This document shows positions 27,851 to 38,683 of a DNA stretch of 56,969 bases, piece after piece. The translations under genes and the position numbers were made by a program. The first letter of the stretch is position 1; each line of letters opens with the position of its first letter. The stretch is from an uncultured virus (IMG/VR IMGVR_UViG_2061766007_000461) (lineage: Duplodnaviria; Heunggongvirae; Uroviricota; Caudoviricetes): the IMG/VR virus record IMGVR_UViG_2061766007_000461. One strand, 5' to 3'. Under the pieces are notes generated by a model that did no database searches, had not been told where the DNA came from, and saw only the letters and a list, made by a program, of their open reading frames with translations.

Positions 27851-30800
27851 TCAGCTTGGCGTAGTCGGAATAATCTTGCCGGGGAAAACCAGAACATACG
27901 TGGCTTTATTGGGTGCGGTAATTTTAACGCTACCGTTTGTAACGGTGATTGTTGCGCCCGTTGCGCTGTTCAATCCGGAAGCCCCGTAAAGCGTCCCGCC
28001 TACCTTCATAGCAAATCCCAATCCAGTGCTGTTTCCAACCGCAAAAATCGTTCTGCCGCTGGTCAGCCCTCCGGGAATAGTCACTGAACCACCTGATGAG
28101 ATATCGAAATTGTGGCTCAGTCGGCTGTCTATACTGAACGCCGTTCCGGAAAGAGACAAGCCGCCATCCGTAGCCGCTGAATACGTTGTGTTCGTCCACG
28201 GAACATTGACTGACAGATATCCATTCAAATCAGGAACAACCGCATATTGCCTGTTCGCCGTTGTAGCTACAGCCACAGTAGCCTGAGAAGCGTTTGATTC
28301 ACTTCTCATTTTCGCCTTGATCGTGGTTCCGGAAAGAGCTATACCAACGCCTGCGCTGTACGTGGTATTCGCTGGCACCGCCCACGTTCCGTCTGCCCTG
28401 AAGAATTTGGTATTGTAGCCATCCTTCGGTGGCGTGGCGTTGATATAACCCACGGAACCGTTGGCAGAGCTTGTCGCACCAACCAGCGCAGTCCAAGTAT
28501 TGTTATCCGTCCACGGAACATTGACATACAGGTTTCCAGAATTGTCAGCCTGAACCTTGTAATTCTTCCCGCTGGTGGTATATCCAAGCTTGACAGAGAA
28601 CGCACCACTGCTCAGGCTCAATCCCGTTCCGGCCGTATACGTTGTGTTCGCCGGAACCGCCCACGTACCGTCCGCTCTGAAGAACTTGGTATTATATCCA
28701 TCTTTCGGCGGGGTAGCGTTGATATAACCAACAGAGCCATTCGCAGATGAAGTCGCACCGACCAGCGCAGTCCACGTATTCGCCGGGACTGCCCACGTAC
28801 CGTCAGCCCGGAAGAATTTGGTATTGTACCCGTCTTTCGGCGGGGTTGCGTTAATGTACCCTACGGAGCCGTTTGCGGAACTTGTAGCCCCAACAAGGGC
28901 TGTCCACGTATTATTGTCCGTCCAAGGAACATTCACATACAGGTTCCCGGAGCTATCCGCTTGAACCTTGTAATTCTTTCCGCTTGAGGTATATCCAAGC
29001 TTGACGCTGAACGCCCCACTGCTTAAACTCAATCCGGTTCCAGCCGAATACGTGGTATTTGCGTCATCACGCCAAGCCGGAACTCCATCTGCATTTGTTT
29101 TCCAGACTTTATTGGCCTGACCAGAGCCGGAAGCAACATATCCCTCAGAGGATGAGCTGTTGGCTTTCCAAGTATTCGGAGGAACAGTCCATGTGCCATC
29201 CGCTCTGAAATACTTGGTGTTGTACCCGTCTTTCGGAGGAACGGCATTGATATATCCAACGGAACCGTTTGCGGAACTTGTAGCCCCGACAAGCGCAGTC
29301 CATGTATTCGCCCAAGGAACATTCACATACAGGTTCCCGGAACTGTCAGCCGCAATCGCATAGTTCTTTCCACTTGCTGTATAACCAAGCTTCACGGAGA
29401 ACGTTGTACTGCTCAGGCTCAGTCCCGTCCCGGCTGAATATGTGGTGTTCGCATCAGCTCTCCATGCCGGAACCCCGTTTGCGTCCGTCTTCCAAACCTT
29501 ATTCGCCTGACCGGAACCGGAAGCCACATACCCTTCAGATGTTGAGCTGTTGGCTTTCCAAGTGTTCGTGGGAACAGCCCACGTTCCATCAGCCCGGAAA
29601 TACTTGGTATTGTAACCGTCCTTCGGCGGGGTGGCATTGATATATCCCACTGAGCCGTTCGCTGAGGAAGTCGCACCAACAAGGGCTGTCCATGTGTTGT
29701 TATCCGTCCAAGGAACATTCACGTAAAGATTTCCAGAACCGTCTGCCTGAACCTTGTAGTTTTTCCCGCTTGTGGTGTAACCAAGCTTCACAGAGAACGT
29801 TCCGCTACTCAGGCTGAGTCCTGTTCCGGCTGAGTATGTGGTGTCCGTCCAAGGAACATTCACGTACATCATTTCAGAACTCAGCTGTACCGGGTAATTC
29901 TTCCCGCTTTGCGTGTATCCGATCTTCACGCCGCCAAGGGCTGTTGAAGTCGCAACCGGAAGCGTATACTGGCTTCCTCCACCGCTGGCTTCCTGCCACG
30001 TTCCGTCTCCCCGGAGGAACTTTACCTGATCACCAGCGCTTGGTTTCGGAACCAATCCTGTAGTCCCGTCTGAGATACTGCTTGCTCCGCTCATGGTTCT
30101 GACGGTTTTCTTGGTGACGGTAATATCGCCGTTCGTGTTCTGGGAGATTGTAGCTATGAACTGGACAGCCGTTCCGCTGGCAGAAGGATCAGGAACCGCT
30201 GTCTGGATTTCCTTTTTATGTTCATTTAGCCACTTGCCCATGTTCGCAGAAAGGGCTTTATCCGTATCCGTATGAACAAGGTCATTGATGACCGTCAGGC
30301 CGGGAAGGTCTTCTGCGCCGTTGCCGTTTCCATAAAAATTGAAGTCATCTGAATCCGTGCCGTTTTCAACCAGTTCTACAACAGTCGGAGACAGCGAACC
30401 GTAATCAACGCTTCCGCTCCCAATTCTCCGTCCCGGAATCCGTTTGAAGCCGTTAACCGTTCCGATACAGATGCTGTTGTACCGCTCAAGGATACAGTCA
30501 TATTCATACTCCGAAACCAGTGCCGTGCTGATAATCCCAGACCGTTCAGCCCTGACAGTGATCTCATCGTACAGGTTCACCCGCTGAAGCCCCCGGAACT
30601 GCTTGTAGCCCTCCGTATCGCCCATCAGAACGAACTCAACCTCAAGCGTGATCGCCGTATCGTCAACATGCGCTTTGCTGAACCGCTCCTGCGCTTTCTT
30701 CAGCATCTCAGCTTTCGCTGTTTCTTCTGTCCACTTTTCCTTGGTTCCGTCAATCTTTTCGTACTCGCTCCCAATCGTACAGTCGCAATCCAGAATCTCA

Positions 30801-32023
30801 ATCCTGTGGAACGGGTAATCATTGATTTTCGGGCTGTCTACGAACAGGTCATCCAGATACAGGTAGCCCTCCTTGCCATTCTTACAGCGTGGAACCACCC
30901 TTGTGATAACGTTCTCTGTATTCCTTCCCCAATGGACTCCCAGCAAATTAGAGCCATAATCCAGCATAATTCCCGGCCTTGGATTGCTGTTATCCAGAAT
31001 GTAATAATCCTCATTGTTCCGGATCAGCTTTGCGTCCATCAACGGAACAATCCCGGCATCCTGCCCCAACAGGGCATTCACCGGGTTCTTTCCGCTGTAG
31101 TCCTCATTGATCCGCACATCGCTCTCAATATCACAAGCAATTTTTCGGTTGTCTTCCTCAATCAGGGAACCCCGTATACGGGCTATCGCATCGGCTACCG
31201 TTGCTTCCTTCAGCTTACAGTCCAACAGCGTGTTTCCTGCGAAGTCATAGCTGATATGACGGGCTTCCACGGTTACCGTTCCAGTGTCATCCTCGCACTG
31301 AACATCGTATACCCGGAAAAGCTGTCTGGTTATTTCCTGTGCGTCAATCGTTTCTCCGCTGTCTTCCGTTTCAGTTTCTTCCATCGCAGACCGCTGGACG
31401 TAACCAACATTTCCCTGAGAATCCCGCACCTGAATGTAGGTCGCATTGTAATTCGCTACAAAGGCAACCTGTTCATTCGTAGACAGGTTTCTGATAATCG
31501 TTCCGGGAATATAGTCATTGCTTACAGAATTTCCTGAGATAATCAGTTCAACGTAACTCCATATGCTTGCGTTTTGCCCCGGAACGGCTCCACTGAAAGA
31601 CGCATAATGCGATACAAGGCACCGCCAGATTGTATTATTGTAAACGCAATATGCGCCCTTGTTATACCATTTATTCGCAGTCCACGCATAATTGTTCGGA
31701 TGCGCCCGAACATCATCCAGCCCTTCCTTGTTAACAGGCTTGGTATATCTGGGAAGCGTCTTGAACAGCGGCGTATTCTGTTTCGCTCTCCAGACTTTCG
31801 TCACCGGAAGCGTGATTGACGGAACCGAAAGCGGAGGAACAGGAGCCTGAATGATCGTATCCTCTTCAATCAGCTTGAATTTTTCCCATTCGTGATCCAT
31901 CGGATGCTCCATGTGAAGCTCATAAGCCCCGCCAGCAACCTCATGGACAGTGCAAACAGTGGGTTCCAGAACCGCAAGCCCGTTATGCTCAAAATCTGTT
32001 TCGCCCTTGGCGAACAGCCGGAT
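27851..32023 (-). CDS. Tail spike/Tal endopeptidase-fold protein fused to repetitive fibre (start in gap)
   Basis: Frame open upstream of 31912 (FEHNGLAVLEPT..YELHMEHP); QLFRVY..EARHISYD, YGSNL..VITRVVP; CBM5/12-like and SH3-like inserts; C-terminal repeats. Confidence 0.85.
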   Translation of the reverse strand: MRLFAKGETDFEHNGLAVLEPTVCTVHEVAGGAYELHMEHPMDHEWEKFKLIEEDTIIQAPVPPLSVPSITLPVTKVWRAKQNTPLFKTLPRYTKPVNKEGLDDVRAHPNNYAWTANKWYNKGAYCVYNNTIWRCLVSHYASFSGAVPGQNASIWSYVELIISGNSVSNDYIPGTIIRNLSTNEQVAFVANYNATYIQVRDSQGNVGYVQRSAMEETETEDSGETIDAQEITRQLFRVYDVQCEDDTGTVTVEARHISYDFAGNTLLDCKLKEATVADAIARIRGSLIEEDNRKIACDIESDVRINEDYSGKNPVNALLGQDAGIVPLMDAKLIRNNEDYYILDNSNPRPGIMLDYGSNLLGVHWGRNTENVITRVVPRCKNGKEGYLYLDDLFVDSPKINDYPFHRIEILDCDCTIGSEYEKIDGTKEKWTEETAKAEMLKKAQERFSKAHVDDTAITLEVEFVLMGDTEGYKQFRGLQRVNLYDEITVRAERSGIISTALVSEYEYDCILERYNSICIGTVNGFKRIPGRRIGSGSVDYGSLSPTVVELVENGTDSDDFNFYGNGNGAEDLPGLTVINDLVHTDTDKALSANMGKWLNEHKKEIQTAVPDPSASGTAVQFIATISQNTNGDITVTKKTVRTMSGASSISDGTTGLVPKPSAGDQVKFLRGDGTWQEASGGGSQYTLPVATSTALGGVKIGYTQSGKNYPVQLSSEMMYVNVPWTDTTYSAGTGLSLSSGTFSVKLGYTTSGKNYKVQADGSGNLYVNVPWTDNNTWTALVGATSSANGSVGYINATPPKDGYNTKYFRADGTWAVPTNTWKANSSTSEGYVASGSGQANKVWKTDANGVPAWRADANTTYSAGTGLSLSSTTFSVKLGYTASGKNYAIAADSSGNLYVNVPWANTWTALVGATSSANGSVGYINAVPPKDGYNTKYFRADGTWTVPPNTWKANSSSSEGYVASGSGQANKVWKTNADGVPAWRDDANTTYSAGTGLSLSSGAFSVKLGYTSSGKNYKVQADSSGNLYVNVPWTDNNTWTALVGATSSANGSVGYINATPPKDGYNTKFFRADGTWAVPANTWTALVGATSSANGSVGYINATPPKDGYNTKFFRADGTWAVPANTTYTAGTGLSLSSGAFSVKLGYTTSGKNYKVQADNSGNLYVNVPWTDNNTWTALVGATSSANGSVGYINATPPKDGYNTKFFRADGTWAVPANTTYSAGVGIALSGTTIKAKMRSESNASQATVAVATTANRQYAVVPDLNGYLSVNVPWTNTTYSAATDGGLSLSGTAFSIDSRLSHNFDISSGGSVTIPGGLTSGRTIFAVGNSTGLGFAMKVGGTLYGASGLNSATGATITVTNGSVKITAPNKATYVLVFPGKIIPTTPS

Positions 32024-32059
32024 NNNNNNNNNNNNNNNNNNNNNNNNNNNNNNNNNNNN

Positions 32060-33072
32060 AAATTATCTGAACATTGTCCTCACAGATGATCTGATTGGTT
32101 CCGGGATACAGCCAGAAGTACGCCCCATCAACCTTGTCTTCCCACAGAGCGTCCTCATCATCGTTCGTGCATATCTGCGGGTTGCACAGAACATGAACGG
32201 AAGCGGATTTCATGTTGTAAAACTTCATAGACTGTTCGTACAGCTTCCCAGTATCGGGGTGAGTCCACCTCAGCGTGACGGTGATATCCTTCCCGGTGCT
32301 TCTTCCGCTTCCAAGCCGTTTCAGGTACATGGTCGGCCTTGTTGGAACGTTCCCCTGAACATCAATCGTGGTATCAATCTCTTCCGCTCCGTCTTCCGGC
32401 TCATACTGGAAACGGGTACTGGTCAGGCTCATCCGGTACGGACTGCACCAGAACGGAACCTTGGCCTGAACCATATCCTCACCCAGCTTATTGAACTCAA
32501 TCTTTCCGGCAATATAGCAGTGATATCTGTAGCCGGGTTCAGTGCTGAACTGAACGTGTCCTTCTCCCCGCAACCATTCGTGAATCACGCACAAGTCCGG
32601 GAAGCCGATGAAATTGATATCTCCNNNNNNNNNNNNNNNNGGATTCCGAACTGCTTGTACCGCTTCCGCTTTCTCCGCTTGTTCCACCAATCTCCCCTTC
32701 GCCGGAAACCTCACCGCTCAAACCACCGCTGGAACCTCCGGAGCCGCCGCCGCCAGTCTCAGATGATGTAGTGCTTTCGCCCTGCATACCGCCATTCGTC
32801 TCATACTTGTACAGCGGAACAATAATGGTTACTTCCTTCAAATAGCTCTTGTACGCCCATTCCCCTTCGGAAACAGTGATGAACGATCCACGCCCCGGAA
32901 TCTCAATGAACTGGCTCTTCTCTTCTGGCTTCGTAACGGGCGGCATCTTGGCGCACCAGATACCCATATTCCGGCTATCTACCCACGTTTCGTCCTCAAC
33001 GTTCATCCGTCTCCACTTGAACCAGCCAACGCCTACACCAACGCCCTGACGGACTTCACTGATTGCGCTCAT
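32060..33072 (-). CDS. Distal tail protein (Dit)-like, gapped
   Basis: DSRNMGI...IEIPGRGS...Y, WLRGEG...STEP..RY, F.CSPYR, LYPGTNQI; between TMP and Tal. Confidence 0.75.
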
Positions 33073-33075
33073 CTT

Positions 33076-35849
33076 TTACCTCTCCCCGTATCCGGCAAGG
33101 AATCTGTTCTCACTCCCGCCAATGTAGCTTTCCATCCGGCTTCCACCGTAGTCAACCATCGTCCGTCCCAGCGTGCGCTTTCCAACTACAATCCTCATGT
33201 TCTCAAAGTCCTGCTTCAGTCCCTGAATAGCGTCCACAAGCTGGTTGCTCAAGCCGCCGCCGTCCTTCTTCCGGGCTTGCGAAGCTGTGAGGACTTCCTC
33301 CCCACGGTGAAGCAACGCCGGATAATTGTCAAACGGCACCTCATGAAGCCCCTTGGCGTGCTTTCCAAACGGCTTCCCGCCAAGGTTAAAACCGCCAAGC
33401 GTGGGAAGCACAGGAACATTCAGATTCATATTATTCAGCTGTTGCTGAAGGAAAGCCTGTGCGCCATTATCAAGCTTCGGTTCAGTCTCCGCTTCAACTG
33501 GGTTCTGAGTCAGAATACGGTTCAGCTCTTCATTGACTCTTTCCGCAAGCTCTACCATGCCCTGAGGGTCAAGCTGTTCTCCATCTGAGATATCCTCAAG
33601 CATTTTAGACAGCGCATCACCCGTCTCATCGCTGAGATTGTTGATAAGCCCTTCGATTACAGGCTCATCGCCCATATCCTCAAAAGCCGTTTTATATCTC
33701 TCAGCCAGATCAGCCAGCATATCGCCAACAGCGGAGCTATTGGAATCAGACAGTGCTTCCGTGAACATCCGCTGTGCCTGTTCAAGTTCCGGCCTGTTTT
33801 CCTGAACCTGTTCGGCAATAGCCTGTCGCAGACCCATCTGTTCATACGAAAGCTGATAACTGGTTTCGTTTTTCCCGCCAGTTGACCATTCGGGATTGTT
33901 ATTTACTTCCTGCTGATGATAATATTCATAAGTCGGGTTCCCGTTTTCATCAAACAAATCGCTGTTTCCGATCTCATCGTGAGTATTCTCATTCGGCTTC
34001 AGCGTCAAATATGCTCCAAGGCCAAGCCCACCAAGAACTTTCGCCCCAGTTGTACTCAAGAAAGCTCCAATTTTTCCAAGAAGCCCAGTCTTTGCCGCCG
34101 TTCCACCAGCCGCCNNNNNNNNNNNNNNNNNNNNNNNNNNNNNNNNNNNNNNNNNNNNNNNNNNNNNNNNNNNNNNNNNNNNNNNNNNNNNNNNNNNNNA
34201 GGAAAGTCAGAAGGGAAGCGGAGATTTTTATGCCATTAAACAGCAGGAAAGCTCCTGCGATTCCTTTGATTGTTCCCTCAATTCCAACGTTCTCAACGAA
34301 AAAGTTACAAACATCATACAGCGTTTGAAGCGCACCAGCGGCTATATTGGACAGCGGGGTATCNNNNNNNNNNNNNNNNNNNNNNNNNNNNNNNNNNNNN
34401 NNNNNNNNNNNNAGCTCCGGGGATTCCGTCATTGAATCCGGCCTTGATAACCTCAATCGCCGCCTTGACCGTTTCAAGAGCTTCAGCAAGGAGCCTTACG
34501 CCCTCACTGTCACCGCTCTTCATGCTGGCAATCGTGGTATCCCAGTCAGTCATCAGTCCAACAATCGTTTCGCTGATGCTTGTTACCGTTTCAAGGATTT
34601 TCGCCGCCGCCTGAAGAAGCGGGTTATCACTTTCCTCCCACTCTTTTTTTGTTTCCTCAAGTGATGTTTTAAGGGCTTCAACAGCACCCTTCAAACCGCC
34701 ATCTTTGAAACCATCCGTAAGCTCAGTAACCCAATTTGTTCCAGCCTGTACAAATGCTCTCAGCGTAGGCTGAAGCCCTTCCGCAATCGTGATTTTCGCT
34801 TCACTCAGAGCAGACTTGAATTTGGTGATATCTCCGGGGAGATTGTCCAGCTGGGTTTCAGCCATTTGGCTGGCGGCATTCTTGCTGTTGACGATCTCTC
34901 CGACCAGCTCAGCCCAGCGATCTGTGGTTGTTCCCAACAGAGCATTGATACTCTTCATATCGTTTTTGTTGAAGATATCGCTCAAAATGTTGGTTTTCTG
35001 CTCATCCGTCATGCCTTCCATAGCTACATTCAGGTCTTGCATGATGTTGGGCAGTTCCCGCATATTCCCGCTGGAATCGAATACCTCCACGCCCAGCTTT
35101 TTAAGCTGTTTTGCCGCTTTATCAGTCGGAGCAGACAGAGCCAGAAGAACGTTCCGCAACGCTCTGCCGCCCTCAGAACCCTTTATGCCATTATCAGCCA
35201 AAACGCCAAGAACGGCATTCAGTTCCGTGGTGCCGCCCTTCATCATCTTGGCAGTACCACCAACGGAAAGGATAGCTTCACCCAGCTGGGCAACGGAAGT
35301 GTTGCTCTTGCTGGATGTTTTCGCCATCTGGTCAACCAGAACTTCAGTCTGCTCCATGCTCAGACCCAGAGCGGAGGAAGCGTCAGTCACCATATCGGAA
35401 GCGGACGCAAGCCCGATTCNNNNNNNNNNNNNNNNNNNNNNNNNNNNNNNNNNNNNNNNNNNNNNNNNNNGTCATCATATCCAGCCAGAGCCATGTAGTT
35501 CAGAGCTTCGGCGGCTTCCGTAGCGGAAAAGGCAGTAGTTTGCCCCATTTTACGGGCAAAATTGCTCATTTCCGTCATGCTTTCCGTTGACCGTCCCATC
35601 GTAGCGGCAACCTGACTCATGGCCTTGTCAAACGCCGCCCCTTCCTTCACGGAACTCACAACAAAAGCTGTTGCGGCGGNNNNNNNNNNNNNNNNNNNNN
35701 NNNNNNNNNNNNNNNNNNNNNNNNNNNNNNNNNNNNNNNNNNTTCAGCGTGCCGCCAAATTTGGAAAAACGGCTTTCGGCTTTCGCCATCGCCGTTTCAA
35801 ATCCGCTTGTTTTCAGAGACAGGACAGCACCAAGGCTCATTATGTCCAT
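33076..35849 (-). CDS. Tape measure protein (gapped)
   Basis: TTAFSATEAAEALNYMALAG, SNTSVAQLGEA, LADNGIKGSEGG..LRN, QLDNLPGDIT; C-term HAKGL..VP.DNY.ALLHRGEEVLT. Confidence 0.92.
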
Positions 35850-35862
35850 ATCTTCACCTCAT

Positions 35863-36168
35863 TTATCCGGACGGGGTCAGCAGAGCAAGCAGATGATCTT
35901 TCACCCCTTCTGTATTCACTTCCGGTTCTTTCTCCTGTTCGCTGTATAGCTCCGTAAATATCGGGAACTCAAAATCATCAGCCCCGCTGTACCGGAAAAA
36001 CCGCTTCAGGATAGCTCCCATACAGTCAGCCGTATATTCAGCGCATTCCCGTTCCCGCTTATCTGCTATCAGACAGCTGATCAACGCCCGGATTCCGTGA
36101 TACCCGTATCGCAGAAGCAGTAACGTTATTCGGCTCCGGGTTCTGCTGTCGCATTCCCGGACGGTCTG
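35863..36168 (-). CDS. Tail assembly chaperone -1 frameshift extension (gpGT-like)
   Basis: -1 frame open from slippery T-TTT-TTC to the stop at 35863. Confidence 0.7.
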   Translation of the reverse strand, partial: QTVRECDSRTRSRITLLLLRYGYHGIRALISCLIADKRERECAEYTADCMGAILKRFFRYSGADDFEFPIFTELYSEQEKEPEVNTEGVKDHLLALLTPSG

Positions 36169-36494
36169 AAAAAACTGATCAAATCCTCATCCACGCTTTC
36201 CTTCAGAACCTTCAGCGTAGCCAGAAAGTTCATTCCGCTGACTTCCTTGGTCGGCTTGAAGTCCAGCGCACCCACGATCTCATACAGGTCTTTCTTGTGC
36301 GTCTGGAAGCAGAACGGCACGATTTTTGGAAGAATATCACCGATCATCTGGTACAGCGGTTTCTTTCTTCCGTCCGCATAAGCTTTCAGCATAGCGTCCA
36401 CGGTTTCTTTGTCTTCCAGAATAGCAGTCACAGCCGGGGTCATTCTGACCAAGCACTCGCAAGCCTGATCGTTGGTCATTTCACTGATTTTCAT
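36126..36494 (-). CDS. Tail assembly chaperone (gpG-like)
   Basis: Position between major tail and TMP; ends ...DLISFF. Confidence 0.75.
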   Translation of the reverse strand: MKISEMTNDQACECLVRMTPAVTAILEDKETVDAMLKAYADGRKKPLYQMIGDILPKIVPFCFQTHKKDLYEIVGALDFKPTKEVSGMNFLATLKVLKESVDEDLISFFRPSGNATAEPGAE

Positions 36495-36560
36495 TCATTT
36501 TTCCTCCTCAAAAATGAATATCGGGGCGGGGATCATCCCACGCCCCGCATAGGGTTTCTG

Positions 36561-37181
36561 TTAGGTACTGGCAGGATTCAGGAAGAACACGCTGAACGGG
36601 GCAATATCGTAATCGTTTACGAAGTCCTGACAGGCGTGAAGCTCCACAGCCAGCGTACCTTCATTCTTGTCCGCAAAGGTCAGGCTGAAGTCCGCAGTAT
36701 TCAGAGCGTTCTTAAGCTGAATAGCCACAAGACCACCATCAGCAAGCTCTCCAACCCAAGTGATGTTGGTGATATACGCCGCAGACGGAATCACCGTGGT
36801 CATCTCAAGGTGGGAGGGAACTGTCTGGGTAGCCGNNNNNNNNNNNNNNNNNNNNNNNNNNACGTTCTGCTTTGTGACTTCCACCAGCGTGGTGGACAGG
36901 TAAGCATCCACGGAATCCACGAAATTGCCGCCCTTGAACCGATACCGCATACCGTCAATATCCGGAACACGCATATCACGGGTCACGGTAAACGTGCCGC
37001 CGCCACGGGTTGCGCCAATCAGGTTGGTTCCAGCTGTGATAATTGAAGCAATTTTCGCCCGCATATCCGCAGCATCTTCGCCCGGATCAATCTCAAGGTT
37101 TTTGATGAAAATGCCAGCGTTCAACTGGAGCTTCTGAAGCGTATCACTCCGGAGCGGAGTCATCATTCCATTGATCGCCAT
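36561..37181 (-). CDS. Major tail protein
   Basis: LQLNAG...IGATRGGGTF...IQLKNAL...F.DKNEG; position. Confidence 0.8.
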   Translation of the reverse strand: MAINGMMTPLRSDTLQKLQLNAGIFIKNLEIDPGEDAADMRAKIASIITAGTNLIGATRGGGTFTVTRDMRVPDIDGMRYRFKGGNFVDSVDAYLSTTLVEVTKQNXXXXXXXXXXATQTVPSHLEMTTVIPSAAYITNITWVGELADGGLVAIQLKNALNTADFSLTFADKNEGTLAVELHACQDFVNDYDIAPFSVFFLNPAST

Positions 37182-37202
37182 GTTTTTTCTCCCTTCTCCG
37201 GG

Positions 37203-37574
37203 TTATACGCCCGGAAGATGATAAGCGTTGATTGAAAAATTGAGATATATCCCTTTCAGGTCATTCTCTTTGTCATTCATTTCCTGAACAGCTGGGCTTT
37301 CAGGCCATATCACAAGGTATCCATCCGCAAGGTCAATCTTCACGCCCCGTCCTACACTCCGCAGGATATTATCCGCAACCGTCAACAGCCCGGTATAATT
37401 GGTGGTCTTGTCCCAGATAACCATATAAAAACTGGCTTTCTGATCCCACTCCGGTTCCGTCATCGGGTAAACGATGTAAGGAAGGGCTACCTCATCAGGA
37501 ACTGAGCTATTGGAATAGGCAGGAAGCCCGAACCCAGAAGCAAACGTTTTCAACGCTTTCGCTGTTTCTCTCAT
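37203..37574 (-). CDS. Tail terminator-like protein
   Basis: FGLPAY...VPD...LPYIVY; position. Confidence 0.6.
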   Translation of the reverse strand: MRETAKALKTFASGFGLPAYSNSSVPDEVALPYIVYPMTEPEWDQKASFYMVIWDKTTNYTGLLTVADNILRSVGRGVKIDLADGYLVIWPESPAVQEMNDKENDLKGIYLNFSINAYHLPGV

Positions 37575-37581
37575 TGCTTCC

Positions 37582-37945
37582 TCACCCCGCACTCACCTGA
37601 ATCCCGCCTTCAGGGATTTCCCACTTCTCAGCGGTCACCTTGGAGATTGGTACCGTACTCCGTTTGGGGGCTTCAGAGTCAACCGTATTTCCGGTCACCC
37701 GGAATAGCTGTCCATCCTCCACCCGCTTGAAAATATCGTGGTATTCCAGTCGGAAAGGCTTGTTGGTTACAATCGTGAAGGTTTCAGTTACTCCCTGCTT
37801 TTCCGCAAGGATAGCTTCCGTGGTGTTGTTCTTAATCACAGCCGCTTGGAAGCTCGCTCCCTCTGCCCATGTTTCGCTGTAACCGCCANNNNNNNNNNNN
37901 NNNNATCAGCTTACATGGAACCATCATTTCAGCTATCAGAGTCAA
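37582..37945 (-). CDS. Head closure/adaptor (gapped)
   Basis: GGY.ETW.EG..F.AA...AEKQGV...LEYHDIFKR..DG..FRVT. Confidence 0.65.
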
Positions 37946-38406
37946 TAAAAATGCACCTTCCTCCACCGATCCAGTCGGCTTTTGAAAACGTCCATCCACG
38001 TTATAGCCCCGCCAGCCCCGGTTCCCCCGGTTGCTTTTGTGTAGCTGTAAACGCCAATCACATTTTCGCTCTGGTACGGGCTGTCTGACGCTTCACCGCT
38101 TTTTTCCACCCAATCACTGATCTCTCCGGACAGCGCAATCACCGCAGGAGGAACGGCAAGAGCGCATATCGTGCCCGCCCACGTTTCGTCCGTAAGCCCC
38201 GCCGCCGCAGTGTCATCGTCATTGTTGATTCCGTCTGGATGATACGTGTAAACCCCGTCATTCATTGCGGACTTGTAAATCAAAATTCGCTGTCCGTCAA
38301 TCAAAGCGGGAACGGGGGAGACCATGCCACCGGATATCTCAAACTGACCTGTCAAACGGTCATGAATGAAATAATTGTGGATTGTCTCCAGCACATCCTG
38401 TAGCAT
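37942..38406 (-). CDS. Head-tail connector
   Basis: SPYQSE..G.YSYTKA...F..RL..WRK. Confidence 0.7.
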   Translation of the reverse strand: MLQDVLETIHNYFIHDRLTGQFEISGGMVSPVPALIDGQRILIYKSAMNDGVYTYHPDGINNDDDTAAAGLTDETWAGTICALAVPPAVIALSGEISDWVEKSGEASDSPYQSENVIGVYSYTKATGGTGAGGAITWMDVFKSRLDRWRKVHFY

Positions 38407-38419
38407 GATCTCACCTCCT

Positions 38420-38683
38420 TTATTCCTCCGGCTTTTCTTCCACCTTTTTTGTGGCCTTTTTGCGCCGTTTAGGTGCGTCCGGGGCTTCGGCTGGGTCTTT
38501 CCCAATCTCGCTCTGGACAAGCTCTATGACCGCTTTACGGGCTTTATTTTGCGTGCCAGTCAATTCGGCAATACGCTCATCCGGGATTTCCCGCCCGTCA
38601 AATGGGAACACTTCCCCCTGACGGTACAGGTGATTGTCCGTTATGTCACGCCACAGAATTTTACTGACGTACATTCTCATCAC
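38420..38683 (-). CDS. Small head-associated protein
   Basis: D......Y..G..FP......ERIAELTG..N; follows capsid gene. Confidence 0.55.
   Translation of the reverse strand: MMRMYVSKILWRDITDNHLYRQGEVFPFDGREIPDERIAELTGTQNKARKAVIELVQSEIGKDPAEAPDAPKRRKKATKKVEEKPEE

Noticed and set aside
27851..30010. Diversity-generating retroelement TR/VR
   Set aside because: No reverse transcriptase seen; repeat differences are mostly synonymous rather than adenine-specific
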